Origin: Rhizophagus irregularis
Lineage: Eukaryota
Direction: 5' to 3'
Length of the DNA stretch: 64,000 nt
NCBI RefSeq assembly: GCF_026210795.1
Contig: NC_089430.1
Coordinates: 434,001-498,000, forward strand
In this document: positions 52,992-64,000 of the stretch, piece after piece
How positions within the stretch are numbered: the stretch's first letter is position 1
Layout: every line of letters starts with the position of its first letter
The notes under the pieces: generated by a model
Database searches by the model: none
Told to the model about the DNA's origin: nothing
What the model saw: only the letters and a program-made list of their open reading frames with translations
Position numbers and translations under genes: made by a program

Positions 52992-54238
52992 TCATGTCAT
53001 TCTCGTTGTGATTTTATTTATCCTAATTATTTTTCTGAAATGACCATCGTATTTCTTAATATGTTCTTTGATTATCTTTCCATCAGTCACTCCATTATCT
53101 ATCGTTATTTTTTTAATCGCTTGCCAGCAAAATTTCTTATTGATTTCTTGTAACATCAACTTCGAATCAAACTTTCGGAAAAAATACTCACGGTCATTTT
53201 TTATAATTATTATATCGATCCTCCTCACTTATAAATTTCTTCATAATCTTTTGTAAAGAAAATTTTGGCCTTTACCATCTTGTATTTCTAACTTTGTTTG
53301 ATTGTTAGTTTTTCTACGTAGCTACTTCTCCTATCATCTCATATATTACTTCATCCTTCCAGTACCAAGAAAAATCGTAAAACGTGATTCCACGTGTTTT
53401 ATCCGTATAACTAATCTCCATGTAATGCATGACATACAGTTGACCGGCACTTCAGTGATCTTTATTTTAGGATATTTTGTGTATCTTTTCCAACTTGTAC
53501 GCCCTTTGAAAAATTTTTTTCTTTGTTTACTTTAGTTATCTTTCCCTCTTTTGTTCGATAAACTCGTGTCAGTCTGTATCTTTTTTCTGCTCTAGTTCTG
53601 TCAATTTACCAGAAATAATTTTTATCTCTTCTCCTTTTTCTAATCTCATTCGTTCTTTAACTGTTAAATCAACTTCTAACTCCCTGTTACGATTTTCCAA
53701 TTTTGTAATCTCCGCTTCCAAATCCTTTTTGCTATTCATTAGATTTTTAATTTTTCTAATTGAGTTACTATAAATCGATCTTTCTTTATTAACTCCTCAT
53801 CTTTCTTCGATATTATTCATTCCTTGTTGGCTACCTCGGTTTCCAATTTGCGTATCTTCTCATCCAGCTCACGTGATTTCGTATCATTGCTGCGCTCGCT
53901 TTGGATAGATGAAGAATAATGTTCAAGGAACTTCGCAAAATTTTTTTTAACAAAAAGTCAACTCATCCTTATAATAAAAGTATAATATAGTCTGTTGTAT
54001 ACATTTTGCCATTTGTTGGTTTTTATTATCTCTGCTAGTAAAATATTCCATACATTTATTACATTTGTAACTAACGACTTAAACTGTTCTGGCGACTTCA
54101 CTTTGAAAAGTTCTCTAAAAATGTCTTTATAAAATGTACTCGACAGGTCTGCTTTGACGAATTCCTCATAAAACCTTTCTTTTTTTTCTAAAAATTGTTA
54201 ACTTCCTCTTTCTGCGTTAAACCAGTGTTATTTGACAT
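52992..54238 (-). pseudogene. Decayed homologue of the 520-aa ORF1-like protein
   Basis: LENRNRELEVDLTVKERMRLEK ~ LENRIRNLEADVIAKERIILEK; ITFYDFSWYWKDEVI ~ ITFYDIPAYWTDKEI; YFFRKFDSKL..KKFCWQAIKKIT ~ YFIRMFDSCL..HKFRWQAVKRIT; multiple frameshifts. Confidence 0.8.
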
Positions 54239-54442
54239 ATTTGTGTATAGTTTATTAAAAATATTTTAATATTTTGTAATATTTTCTTCCGTGTACCTGG
54301 TATTATCTAAAGATATGTTTTTTCATCTTCTTGGAACCATGTGATTGGCAAAATAACCAAATAACTGTCCAAAATAACAGGCTTTATTACTTTTATTAAT
54401 TTTTTTTTTTCAGTTCTCATAAATCAGGAAATTTGTTAAATA

Positions 54443-54693
54443 CCGTATTTTGCGGGCCACAGTACCCCCCCTATACACAGTACCCTACAAAAAAGAACTC
54501 CCATTTTCTACCAATTTTATTATTTAAAATAATTTAATAAATACCTAGGTATTACTCATGATAAATACCCAATTATTATATAAGTTTTATAAATATCTAC
54601 TAATAATAAAAACTCACACAATGGTGGGGGGTATAAGGTCAAAACCTCTGAAATCTGTATCATACCCGGGGTACTGTGGCCCCCGTTATACGG
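54443..54693. mobile_element. MITE, Tc1/mariner superfamily (Tc2/pogo-like CCGTA termini, TA TSD)
   Basis: TA|ccgtattttgcgggccacagtacccc ... ggggtactgtggcccccgttatacgg|TA. Confidence 0.85.
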
Positions 54694-55888
54694 TACCTTT
54701 TTTTTTTATTCTATTATTAGGTTCCTTTTTTTCGGTTCTTATTAAATCTGAAATTTATATTATTTTTCTTAAAAAATTTTTTACTATATATATATATAGT
54801 TGGTTTTATTTTTCGGTTTTTTTTTAAAAATTTTTCTTTAAATATTTTATTTTCAGTTTTTTTATTTAATCTTTTTTTTTTACTTATTAATTATTCATTT
54901 TTAATGTATTTATTTACAACTAACAGTAATAAAAAATTTGGTTTAGACCTTAAATAAATATGACAATTCTTTTCACTCTTTTTATATTTAGGCAAATTAC
55001 TCATTCTTAAATGAGATTTTTAGTTCACTAACATGATCAATTTTTTTTTAAAAGAGAAAATATGGTTAAAGGATGAAATAATTGACAGAACAATATGATA
55101 AAAAAGTTAAACGTATAGTCTTTTTACACAAAAATACAGCAGATTACCATCTTTTTATTAAAAAACATTTAATAAGAGATGGAAAATAAAATTTTGATTC
55201 ACAAAAAAGATAGACAAAACACAAGCAGTTCTCGACCAAAGAATGAAATTCCATCTTAATGGAAATTGAAATACGAAAAATTTGAAAAGGATTTAACAAA
55301 GAAAGAATTAGAGTTCAAAATATTCGAAATAATTACTGATAATTTTAAGCGGAAAAAAAAAAAAAAATTGTAACGACCACGAAAAAAGTTCGGACAATAA
55401 ATAAAAAAAAAATTTTTTTTCGGAGTAACTAGGCAATGCAAATTTTTCAAGATGTCATGCAATGCTTATATAATATCATAAAAGAGCATAAAATCTGTAT
55501 TTTAATAAGATTGTAAAGATATTTCACATAATAAAAATCATTCTGAAAACCATGTCAGAACCAATACTTACCAAGATATTATAAAATATATCATCACAAT
55601 TATTCAATTTTACAATTTTATAAAATATTATTAATATTTTTAAAATATTAATAAATTTTATTATTATACTGCTAAATAATAATACATATTTTTCAAATAG
55701 TACCGATTTGTGAAAACATGTTTATCATTATTACAATCTCCATCACATTCATGCATGAAATGAACTCTTGAATTGTTCGGATGCCTGCGATCTATACTTT
55801 GAACATTTTAAATTCAACGTTAAATTATTTATTTTTAATCATGTACAATCTAGTAATTTAAAAAATTACTATTTAATACAAAAAAAAA

Positions 55889-55966
55889 AGAGAAAATAAA
55901 ACCGGATTGATTTTTCATCCGAGCCATCCGAGCTGGATGAATTTAAATCCGGTTTAATTTTCTCTC
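55889..55966. repeat. ~78-bp imperfect palindrome (MITE-like)
   Basis: agagaaaataaaaccggatt..ttcatcc...ggatgaa..aatccggtttaattttctct. Confidence 0.6.
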
Positions 55967-56621
55967 TTAACAGTGAATTTTCTCCAATTTTTTCAAACCA
56001 GTCAAAATTATAAATGCCGAATTTTCTTGAACGTTTAATGAGTAAAAATCCCCTAATAATAGCATACCAGATAAGATTCTTCTTATTCGTTCACAAATAA
56101 TACGATAAATAAGATTATTTTCATGCTTCATATCAGAAATATTTTAAGGTACTGTATTTCAAAATAAAATTTATAAACAAATACAAAATCCATGAAAGAA
56201 ACAACCTACTATTTTATTTAACTAATTAATGCATACCATCTAATACAACAATAAGTATATCAATCAATACGATGTATTTCTATTAAATAAGAAGTAAACA
56301 TAAAAGGGTTCCAAAAAAAATCACAAACATCAATCCAAAAATTAATAAAAGAAGAAATCGAACCAATATGTGAATTTACTGTAATATTTATTTAATAACC
56401 TAATCCGGTAAGTAGAATATTATTATAAATATTTAATGAAAAATTAAGCTTAGTAAGTTTTGGTCGATAAACTGTCAAGATATGCTATAAGCTTAGTTAA
56501 AATAACTTACATTTGTAATTTTAAATCATTCATTTGTAAAAGATTAAAGCTTATAAACTACCAATGCAAAATAAGAATGAGAATAAACAAACAAAAAAAA
56601 GAACATAATATAAAAATACAA

Positions 56622-59600
56622 TTACTTTGTAAAATCAGTAATTTCTACGGTATCATATTTCGAAAGATTATTTGTATAAGGGTTAAGTAATCGAGATGTA
56701 TATATAGCTTGTTTGTGAGTAGTAAATTGGTTATTTTTAATTGATAAAAGATTTTCTTTCCTATATTCTTGTGTATCATCAAATTGCTCAAGATTTCGAC
56801 GATATAAACCAATCAATTCTTTTATTTCAATAGAATTAGGCCTATTGTCTGGATTTAAATCCCAACATCTTTTCATTAAATCAGTATAACATTTTGGTAT
56901 AATTTTTTCATTTATTTCAGGTCTAATCCCGTTACATATACTTAGTGCTAAAACTCCATCATGAGCACAATCAACAAAAGGTTGTTTTCCAGTTGCTACA
57001 AAATACATAATCATACCAAAGCTATATATATCTGCTGCTTGAGTATAAGTTTTTCCTTTTAATACTTCAGGAGCTACGTAAGGCATAACTCCATAAATAC
57101 TTGTTTCATTAATATCATCAATTTTTTTACATAATCCCATATCAGAAATACATGCATCATAGTCATCATTATCTTTGTGAATATTGTGACGAGATGAGTA
57201 GGTTGAATATCTTATAAATAATATATTTCCTACATGAAAATCCCGATGAACCATCTGTTTTTGATGAATTTCACTAAGACCCTTAATAACGTTAGTTAAT
57301 ACTTTTAATCCACTCAACCAATCAAAATTTTCATAGTTTTTATCTAAATAATTATTAAAATTTCCACCTTCTGCATATTCAAGAACCATAATGTAATCTT
57401 TTGTATTTGGATTTTGAGATATTCCATATATTTTGAGGATATTTTTTATATTTTGATTCGGATATGCTTTAACCTATTAAATAATATTAGTCAATAATTG
57501 TTATATAAATTTTTTGCTAAAAAATTATAAAGAAATTATTACCTCATTTATAAACTCATCAATGAAATTTTGTGAATTGTGTAAACATTTTAAAGCAACT
57601 CTTGTATTTAATTTTCTTTTCCAACCTTCTTTACTATAATATAATAAACCATCTTTCCATATTGCTGAATATACTGTAGAAAAACCACCTTTACCTATTT
57701 CGTCAACATCTTTAAACTGATTATATGGTATCCATTCAAATATCATATTAGAGTAAATGGAGTTATGATCAATATTTAATTTCATCTCTTGGATTAAATT
57801 ACTAATTTTGCTATTTTCATGATTTGTTTGACATGACATACAGCTTTTATTATCTATTTCAAATGCATTATTATATTTTTCACCACAGTTTTCACAGTGA
57901 TATCCAATTTTATAAACTAAGATGTATTCTTTTGTATTTGGATTTTGAGATATTCCATAACTATTTTTCATTAAATATGTAATCTGTTAAATATAATGAT
58001 TCGTTATATTAATAGTTGTTAATAATTAAATTAAACTAATAGAAAAACTCATACCTTATTTAAAAATTCATTATTAATATTTTGAGGATTATGTAGATAT
58101 TTTAAAAATACATTTACATTTGATATTATTTTTTTGGAATTTCTGTAATATAATGGACCATCTTTCCATATAGCCGTGGCAAAGTCACCCATTCTTATTT
58201 CTCTAATATCAACAAATCTATCATATGGTACCCATTCAAATAGAAGACCATAAGATTCATTAATTTTTAATTGAATCTTTTGAATAAAATTATCAATTTT
58301 CTCATTTCCACTAGTCCACTCATTAAAATTATCGATATTAAAATCATCGATATTATCTTTTAAACATGATAGATTAATACACATCCTTCTTTCATTTTTA
58401 TTACCACATTTTTTACAATATTCTTTAAGATAATTTTGGGAAAAAACTAAAATATAATCTTTTGTGTCCGGGTTTTGAGATATTCCATAACTTCGATGAC
58501 CAAATAAATATGATTCAATCTATCAAAATATAAAAATAAAATAATCAATATTGTACTAATACTTTAATCAATTAACTAATTTTTATACCTTATTGATAAC
58601 TTCATCAGTAATATCTCGTGAGTTATGCAGATATCTTAAACAAACTATTTGGTATGATATTCTTGCCTCGCCAGTGTCATAGTAGCATGGACCTTCCTTT
58701 TTACTTATTGCTATAGTCAAACAATCATTTCCTATTTCTTTAACATTGATAAACTCATTATATGGTATCCATTCAAATACAGGATAATGAGGCATTTTTT
58801 GAATGAAGTCATCAAGTTTCTCATTTCCACTAGTCCGGCCTGTAAAATTATTTTTTGGGTAATTTATATGACATGTTTTACACCATTCATCACATTCACG
58901 TTCATATTTATTACCACATCTTTTACAATACAATTTAATATATTCAATTTTAAAAACTAATATATAATCTTTTGTGTCTGGATTTTGAGATATTCCATAA
59001 TTTAGACCGTAATATGATTCAATCTATCAAATATTTAAAATGAAAAGATCAATATTGTACTAATACTTTTAATCAGTTAACAGATTATTTATACCTTATT
59101 GATAACTTCATCAGTAAAATCTTGCAAGCTATACAGGCAATTTAAATAAACTTTTACGTATGATTCTCTTGTCCATTCCTTTTTATCAGTGTCATAATAT
59201 AATGGACCATCTTTCCACATCGCTTTAGCAAAACTATCACCTATTTCTTTAACATTGATAAACTCATTATATGGTATCCATTCAAATATAGTATCATCAG
59301 GTTTATTAATTTTTAATCGCATTTCTTGAATGAGGCCATCAATTTTATCATTTCCGCTAGTCCGGTTTGTAAAATTATTTTTTAGGTAATTTATATGACA
59401 TGGTTTACACCATTTATCCAATCTAATTCCATAATTATTACCACATTTTTTACAGTATTCTTTAAGATAATCTTGGGAAAAAACTAAAATATAATCTTTT
59501 GTGTCTGGATTTTGAGATATTCCATAACTTTGAACACCATAACCATGTAAATATGATTCAATCTAGCAAAAAATCAAAATAAAATAAATCAATATTGTAC

Positions 59601-60511
59601 TAATACTTTAATCAATAAACAGTTTATTTATACCTTATTGATAACTTCGTCAGTAATATCTCGCAAGTTATGTAGATATTTTAAACAAACTTTTTTATAT
59701 GTTTCTTTTATCCATTCCTTTTCATAAGTGTCATAATATAATGGACCATCCTTCCATGTTGCTGTATTCAAACAATCGCTTCCTACTTCTTTAACATTAA
59801 TGAACTCATTATATAGTATCCATTCAAATAGAGTATCACAAGGGTAATTAATTTTTAATTGCATTTTTTGAATGAAATCATCAATTTTTTCATTTCCACT
59901 TGTCCAGTTTGTAAAATTATTTTTTAAATAATTTATTTGGCATGCTTTACACCATTTATTCTGTCTATCTTTATATTCTTTACCGCATTTTTCACAACAC
60001 AGTCTAAGATAATCTTGGGGGAAAACAAAAATATATTCATTTGTGCCTGGATTTTGAGATAATCCATATTTTTTATCAGTATATGATATGGCCTAAAAAT
60101 ACAAAAAAAAAAAATTAACATATATATAATAAAATTCTAATTAAAATTCATAGAAAGATTTAATACCTTATTTATAAATTCAAGGATATATCGAGAGTCA
60201 TATAAAAACCTTAATACAACCTTTTCATATGATATTCTTATCCATTCATTTTCACAATAATGCAATGAACCTTCTTTCCATATTGCTGTGGCTAAACTGT
60301 TATTTCCTATTTTTTTAATATCAAAAAGTTCACTATACGGTATCCATTCAAATACTGCGCCACATCCAGATTCACTGTCATTGTAATTTAATTGCTTTTT
60401 TTGAATGATATTATCAATCATTTCATTCCCACTGGTCCAATTTGCAAAATTTTTTGCAATAATTTTCTTTCCACTGTCTAGGTCTAGAGAATTTTTTGTA
60501 AGAAATTCCAT
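56622..60511 (-). CDS. TKL protein kinase with six tandem N-lobe modules, apparently intact; close paralogue of 42649-46629
   Basis: Seven exons with the same phase-0 introns; IGKGGFS only in module 6; HRDFHVGN, DMG, YVAPE. Possible extra terminal micro-exon ending ~56551. Confidence 0.88.
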
Positions 60512-61254
60512 TGAATATTAATTTTTGAGAAAAAAGACTCCTCAATTTAAATGGCGTGAAGAAAGACGCTAAATTTGCTAAAAAGGAAATATGACGTAAT
60601 GATAAACTATAGATCTTGATTATATATAATTAGTACAACGTAGATGTAACAAGATCGTCACAGGTAATGTATACATAATATTATACGTTACACAATTAAA
60701 ATCTAATTGTATTAGTCTATTAAAATAATCATAAAATGCAAATCATATTAAAATCCTGTAGCATTATTTGCGGAACAAATTTGTCAATTCATTGTTTAAA
60801 ATTATTAAAATACTATAAGTAACACAATGTTTTAAAAAAGTCAGAGGCAGCTAAAAACAATTTACTATTAGCTGTACGCATTTTTACAAGGCCGGGATTA
60901 TGATAATTTCGGACAACATCCAAAAAAGGTAATAGCTTTGTACCAGGCATTAGCTATAAAAGGAAAGATTTCATGATTTTTTTTTGGTTGTACGCAAAGT
61001 CGCAAACTCGAACCTCTTTTTATTATATTTTGGGGTCCTAATTACTGCATAATATAATTGTTAATGTCGAAAAAAAAAAATTTCAAGTATAAAACCTAGT
61101 AAAAAAAGTTAAAAAAAAGGTTAAAGTTTATCATCAGCAATAATTAATTAATTAAAAACTAAAAAAGACTTCAAGTTGTTGCGAACGACTCCAATATCCG
61201 AGAAAAATTCTGCAATGGCCTACATTGGGATTAGAAACAGGTTAAATACTACAT

Positions 61255-61361
61255 CCCTATAAAAAATTTGTCAGGAAAATGATCGCGTGTCTGAGTTTCT
61301 TCGAATAAATCTAGAAATATGATCATTTATCGGAGTTTTTTCCAGAATTTTTTTTATAGGG
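61255..61361. mobile_element. 107-bp MITE with CCCTATA termini and 3-bp TSD (CAT); same terminus type as 32309-33601
   Basis: CAT|ccctataaaaaatttgtcaggaaaa ... ttttttccagaattttttttataggg|CAT. Confidence 0.85.
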
Positions 61362-61401
61362 CATATCCATAATTTTTCTAAAATTCCCGTTAAATTGCTG
61401 C

Positions 61402-61425
61402 GCCATCATAGTGTAATGGTTAGTA
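61402..61425 (+). pseudogene. 5' fragment of a tRNA (His-like acceptor strand + D-arm/A-box)
   Basis: GCCATCATAGTGTAATGGTTAGTA resembles fungal tRNA-His 5' ends; no anticodon arm or T-arm follows. Confidence 0.4.
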
Positions 61426-61659
61426 AATTAATTAATTAAATACTTAATTAGTTAGATTAATAAAGGCAATGAGTGTATTATGTTCAACTGCGCTTATCAA
61501 TTTAGTTTTTGATCTGCCAAAAGTTTGGAAAATATAAGTTTAATGACGTTATTAGTAGTTTTTATCTTTTAAAAGAAGATTGAGAAAATTTACGATTCCA
61601 AGAACAAGAAGAGTGACCTTATTTTATTATGTAAGCTAAATGATAAAAAAAAATAGAAA

Positions 61660-62450
61660 GATGGCTTGTTATATTATGATGAGGATAAAAAGGTGTGAAA
61701 GGTGTGTGAAATTTGTATTCGTGAGATCAGAATAATAAGTTTTCTTTGAAATCTTACATATCTCAAAATATTAACAGCGTATTTTTTAATGAGGTATAAA
61801 CTTTTAAACTTTTTTTAGAATTTAAAAACTTCTTTTGATTTATTAATAAAATACTCTTACTTTCATTCTAATAGGTTAAATCATATTCTAACACGTATAT
61901 TGACATTATAATAAATGGAATATCTCGACAAAAGATTATATGTTACGTAAAAAGGCTGATAAATTTAGCGAAGCAAAAGTTTATGACGTTATGTCATATG
62001 TAACCTCCTGAAGTGTTAAGAGGCATAAGCAGCAGGCGTGCATCATGTATTTTGTTGCAATTTAATCTTTTACCAATTGCGTGCATGATGAATATCTTGC
62101 ACTAGATATAGATCACGGAATTAGACCTGAAGTAAATGAGAAATATACATCAGTTTTAATGACAAAGCATTGGGATTCAAATACAGATAATAGACCAAAT
62201 GTTACATTGTTGCTGAATTAAAAGAATGTTTGATCTATTCAAAGATTCGATTTGTACCTCGACTGATTTTTATATTAGAGATAAGGAAATTAAAAAAATT
62301 TTAAAGCAAAAGAAAATAGAAATTAAATTCATTATCTATTGAATTATTAAGTCATCTCGTCCACAAGCTATTTATACATCTCGATTTAATCCTTTTACGG
62401 ATAATCTTTCAAAACACATTGAAAAATGCGAGTATACAAATGTGCTAATT
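61660..62450 (+). pseudogene. Heavily decayed TKL kinase
   Basis: Remnants of FLNE|intron, GIS..KDYML, VMSYV.PEVLRG, HDEYLALDI..GIRPEVNE, WDSNTDNRPN, PQAIYTSR. Confidence 0.8.
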
Positions 62451-63206
62451 TAAAATGAGATATTATTGTGCTTTTTATTAATTATTTCGTTATTCGTTTA
62501 TTACTCAAACTGACTATAGAGTAAATGTAGATATACTCTTTTACATAGTAAATCAAATTGTAACGACTAACGAGTGTTCATGCGAAAGTAGCTATTTTTC
62601 CAGTTTCAAAAATTCCATCCGCAAAGTAATAAAATAATCTATAATTATTGCTATTACATATAGTACATGGTTAACTTTTAATCACTGTTTATTATTGACG
62701 CATAGAGGCCTGCATTGGTCGGGTGACTCGTGTACGGTTGAATTTTGGGCAAAAATTCATGGACCCGGATCCGGGTTTTAGGACTATATTGCCGCACAAC
62801 GTTGAAATTTTGCGAATAAAATTGCGTAAATTGCGTGATCTAATTTGTATAAATTTTTTACTGTCAAACTTACTAACGAAAAAAAGATATGTCAGATATG
62901 TTAATCCGTCAAAAAAAAAAAGCACACGTATTATTACGAACCTAAATGACGGAATAATCATTAAAAATTTCTGGTATTGAAATTATTTTATATATCAAAT
63001 TTCATTTTTTTTTGTTAAGCCCTGAATTATTAAGTTGTGAAGTCGTATTTGAAGATAATAGAGATTAGCACTAGTTCATCCAAATTTAACTGGAACGCTT
63101 CCGCTTAAAAAGATATTGGATTCTTGAAATCTTTATTGCTCAAAAAATAAAATTACATAATAAATACAATAGTTTAATAAATTAAACAAAAAGAATAATA
63201 CTAATA

Positions 63207-63716
63207 CTAAGTATTTATGTTACTAACGCATTCTCTTTTGTGCTTTGGCCAGTCCTTCTTCTGACAATCCTTGCTACAATAGTACACTGATTTACATTTA
63301 CTGCATTTCATATTACAGCTATTCATGCATATTTTGCATACCCCTTCAGTTACCCCAGTTACCTCAGTTTGTTCAGTTGCGCATATGTGCGGTCTCTTAA
63401 CTTCTTCACCTTGGACGATTTTTTTACATTTAAGACATTGCCATGAGTGCGGTGGCTGATCCTGCAATATAAACTTGCGACCGTAGAAAAGTAGCACCTT
63501 TTTAGCATGTTCAATCTCTTCCTCCCCATCATCAGGTCCAAGAAGTGATATTTCCCAACAACAGGGACAAATTCCAGTCATTTCTTGGTATTCACGTCGA
63601 CTAGGCTCGTTTGGAAATATCTTGGGAGATTCTTTACAACTCATACATTTTTTATAACCGGTAATATTAGTATCATATGGTACAACTTTATCAATAATTT
63701 CCAAACGGTTAGACAT
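63207..63716 (-). CDS. MYND-type zinc finger protein (169 aa, single exon)
   Basis: C-terminal CKIC...[27 protein letters not shown] is a canonical zf-MYND; additional N-terminal CxxC motifs. Confidence 0.85.
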   Translation of the reverse strand: MSNRLEIIDKVVPYDTNITGYKKCMSCKESPKIFPNEPSRREYQEMTGICPCCWEISLLGPDDGEEEIEHAKKVLLFYGRKFILQDQPPHSWQCLKCKKIVQGEEVKRPHICATEQTEVTGVTEGVCKICMNSCNMKCSKCKSVYYCSKDCQKKDWPKHKRECVSNINT

Positions 63717-64000
63717 CTTGAAAAGTATCTTTTTAAATTTTTATGTAAGAATAAATTTTTTTTAAAAAAAAAGAATAAAGAATAAAGAATAAAGAAAAAA
63801 AAACACAAAAATGTTTGCAACACAAACTTTTTAAGCGTACGAAAGATCAACAAATAACAATATCACAAATTTTATTTTTGCACCATTTATAAATGGTTTG
63901 GAAATGATTTCTGTAATAAGTTAGTTTTGAAGATTACTTCTAGTTTTAGGTTTTTATTTATTAAAATTCAAGTATTTTTGGTTACAACAATCCTTAAAAA

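Noticed and set aside
62692..62980. Two overlapping antiparallel ORFs
   Set aside because: No motifs; more like intergenic or repeat sequence

Overview
Very AT-rich eukaryotic DNA with short GT-AG introns. The gene content strongly suggests an arbuscular mycorrhizal fungus (Glomeromycotina, Rhizophagus-like); this is an inference from the gene families, not a database match. The window is a birth-and-death cluster of tyrosine-kinase-like (TKL) protein kinases: about 8 full-length or near-full-length loci on the minus strand plus several decayed fragments. Four loci share an unusual architecture. Three have six tandem modules of [Cys4 Zn-knuckle + WTSGN/EWIPY + kinase N-lobe] before a single C-lobe, with a phase-0 intron at the same position in each module; only the last N-lobe keeps the Gly-rich loop. 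The fourth is a deleted pseudogene copy. The second highlight is a young-looking 2.16-kb retroposed element (49181-51342) with a 16-bp target-site duplication, AATAAA and a poly(A) tail. It encodes only a coiled-coil/RRM-like ORF1-type protein and no reverse transcriptase, and a decayed homologue lies next to it on the opposite strand. Also present: CCC-ended TIR elements with 3-bp TSDs (CMC/CACTA-like), a TA-flanked Tc1/mariner-type MITE, a G-rich minisatellite, a six-exon DUF3455-like gene and a MYND-finger gene. Exon boundaries were read by eye and may be off by a few bases.
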